From a virus: 6,124 nt of DNA. The translations under genes and the position numbers were made by a program. This document shows, in pieces, positions 5,540 through 6,124 of this stretch. The DNA lies in IMG/VR virus record IMGVR_UViG_3300020029_000001, positions 1 to 6,124 of that record; one strand, 5' to 3'. The first letter of the stretch is position 1. Each line of letters begins with the position of its first letter. Below the pieces are notes generated by a model, which saw nothing but the letters and a program-made list of their open reading frames with translations, was not told the origin of the DNA and did no database searches.

Positions 5540-5740
5540 ATGGATTGCATCGACTTTAGACCTAGTTTTGCCCCCATTGTTAACGGCTCCCCGCTTCGTT
5601 ATTCCGTTGGCATGTACCGCGGTAAGAAGCGAATTATCGTCGCCTGGTTTTCCGACGAATCTCCTGCGTTCGAGTACCTTGCTCGTTGTCGTCGTGATAA
5701 TCCTTACGCTAAGTTTGATTGTATTCAAAGTTTGTTCTAA
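5540..5740 (+). CDS. Hypothetical small protein, 66 aa (start uncertain; the track's GTG start at 5444 is probably an over-extension)
   Basis: The ATG at 5540 follows an A/T-rich leader (gaattaatttttttaacc) like every other gene here. The 5444..5539 extension is dominated by G-ending and CG-rich codons and overlaps hairpins, so it is probably non-coding. The TAA stop (5738..5740) overlaps the Rep ATG (5740..5742) as TAATG. Confidence 0.5.
   Translation: MDCIDFRPSFAPIVNGSPLRYSVGMYRGKKRIIVAWFSDESPAFEYLARCRRDNPYAKFDCIQSLF
5710..5717 (+). promoter_or_regulatory. Candidate -7 promoter box (TAagTTTG) upstream of Rep
   Basis: It matches TAnnTTTG and lies 23 nt before the Rep ATG, similar to the spacing of the 4633..4640 box. 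No -33 TTTG sits at a suitable distance, and the box lies inside the 66-aa ORF. Confidence 0.2.
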
Positions 5741-6124
5741 TGCCTTGTTCTTCTCCCATATGGATACGTAATCGGCGCTATTTCGACAAGAAGAACCCTT
5801 GTCGTGATGGCTCCGATGTTGCTAAGTCCGCCCTGGCCCTTCGTCCCTGGGATATCGCCCGCCAGTGGCTTATGGTTCCGTGTGGAAAATGCGAAGACTG
5901 TCTGCGTCGTCAGCGTAATGATTGGTTCGTTCGGCTCGAACGCGAGCTTGCTCGTTGTAAGGCTGATAGTCTGCAGGCTATTTTTATTACAATCACGATC
6001 GCCCCAAAGTATTATAACGAGGCTCTGCTTGATCCGTCCTGGTTTATTCGAAAATTCAACGAACGCCTACGTCACAAACTCGGTCATTCGTTTAAACATG
6101 CTTTTTTCCAGGAGTTTGGTACTC
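5740..6124 (+). CDS. Rolling-circle replication initiator (VP4 / A-like), 5' portion; runs off the window end and continues at base 1
   Basis: ATG at 5740 opens frame 1 with no stop through 6124. The translation is MPCSSPIWIRNRRYF...VPCGKCEDCLRRQRNDWFVRLERE...IFITITIAPKYY. The N-terminal MxC..P and the Cys cluster CGKCEDC (5881..5901) are typical of microvirus VP4. RCR motif 1, F-I-T-I-T-I, lies at 5983..6000. Bases 6004..6124 duplicate 1..121. Confidence 0.9.
   Translation, partial: MPCSSPIWIRNRRYFDKKNPCRDGSDVAKSALALRPWDIARQWLMVPCGKCEDCLRRQRNDWFVRLERELARCKADSLQAIFITITIAPKYYNEALLDPSWFIRKFNERLRHKLGHSFKHAFFQEFGT
6004..6124. repeat. Terminal direct repeat, copy 2 (circular-genome assembly overlap)
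   Basis: Identical to 1..121. Confidence 0.95.

Noticed and set aside
577-5728. All minus-strand ORFs in the track (577..795, 1279..1506, 1978..2424, 3852..4328, 4706..4975, 5161..5403, 5534..5728).
   Set aside because: Each lies wholly antisense to a well-supported + strand gene or structured island. Microviridae express all genes from one strand, and none of these has a recognisable motif.
1307-5771. Hydrophobic +1-frame ORFs inside VP1 (1307..1525), VP2 (3859..4179) and the 66-aa gene (5568..5771).
   Set aside because: All sit in the +1 frame relative to the host gene. T-rich third codon positions become second positions there, giving Leu/Phe/Ile/Val-rich, stop-poor frames. This looks like a systematic compositional artefact.
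2998-5977. Recurrence of CTGCAGG (2998..3004, 5388..5394, 5971..5977), including a 9-nt inverted match between the two GC-rich islands (ctgcaggag / ctcctgcag).
   Set aside because: The match is short and partly palindromic, and three copies is not far from expectation on two strands. It is not enough to call a repeated operator or iteron.
1-6124. Search for tRNA/rRNA genes, CRISPR arrays, IS elements, an integrase or att sites.
   Set aside because: I saw no cloverleaf-like or repeat-spacer organisation and no recombinase-like ORF. The only long repeat is the terminal assembly overlap, consistent with a free circular phage genome rather than a prophage.

Overview
The window is a complete, circularly permuted Microviridae (ssDNA phage) genome. 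Bases 1..121 repeat exactly at 6004..6124, so the unit circle is 6,003 nt. All convincing genes are on the + strand and tightly packed. In order they are: a rolling-circle Rep (VP4/A-like, split across the window ends as 5740..6003 joined to 1..807 and absent as a whole from the ORF track), the major capsid protein (811..2604), an acidic 98-aa ORF, a GC-rich structured non-coding island, a 63-aa ORF with a lipoprotein-type signal, a VP2/H-like DNA pilot protein (3336..4586), three small orphan ORFs (106 aa basic, 107 aa acidic, about 66 aa), and a second structured GC-rich island. There is no separate spike gene and the capsid protein is large, so this is not a phiX174-type (Bullavirinae) phage. 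No gene has a Shine-Dalgarno sequence, and the 6.0-kb size suggests a Bacteroidota-infecting, Alpavirinae-like lineage; this is inference only. The items most worth follow-up are the small lipoprotein ORF coupled to the pilot gene (a lysis or exclusion candidate), the roughly 1.15-kb orphan module between VP2 and Rep, and the two hairpin-rich islands (candidate ssDNA origins or terminators). All family assignments come from motifs read by eye; no database search was run.
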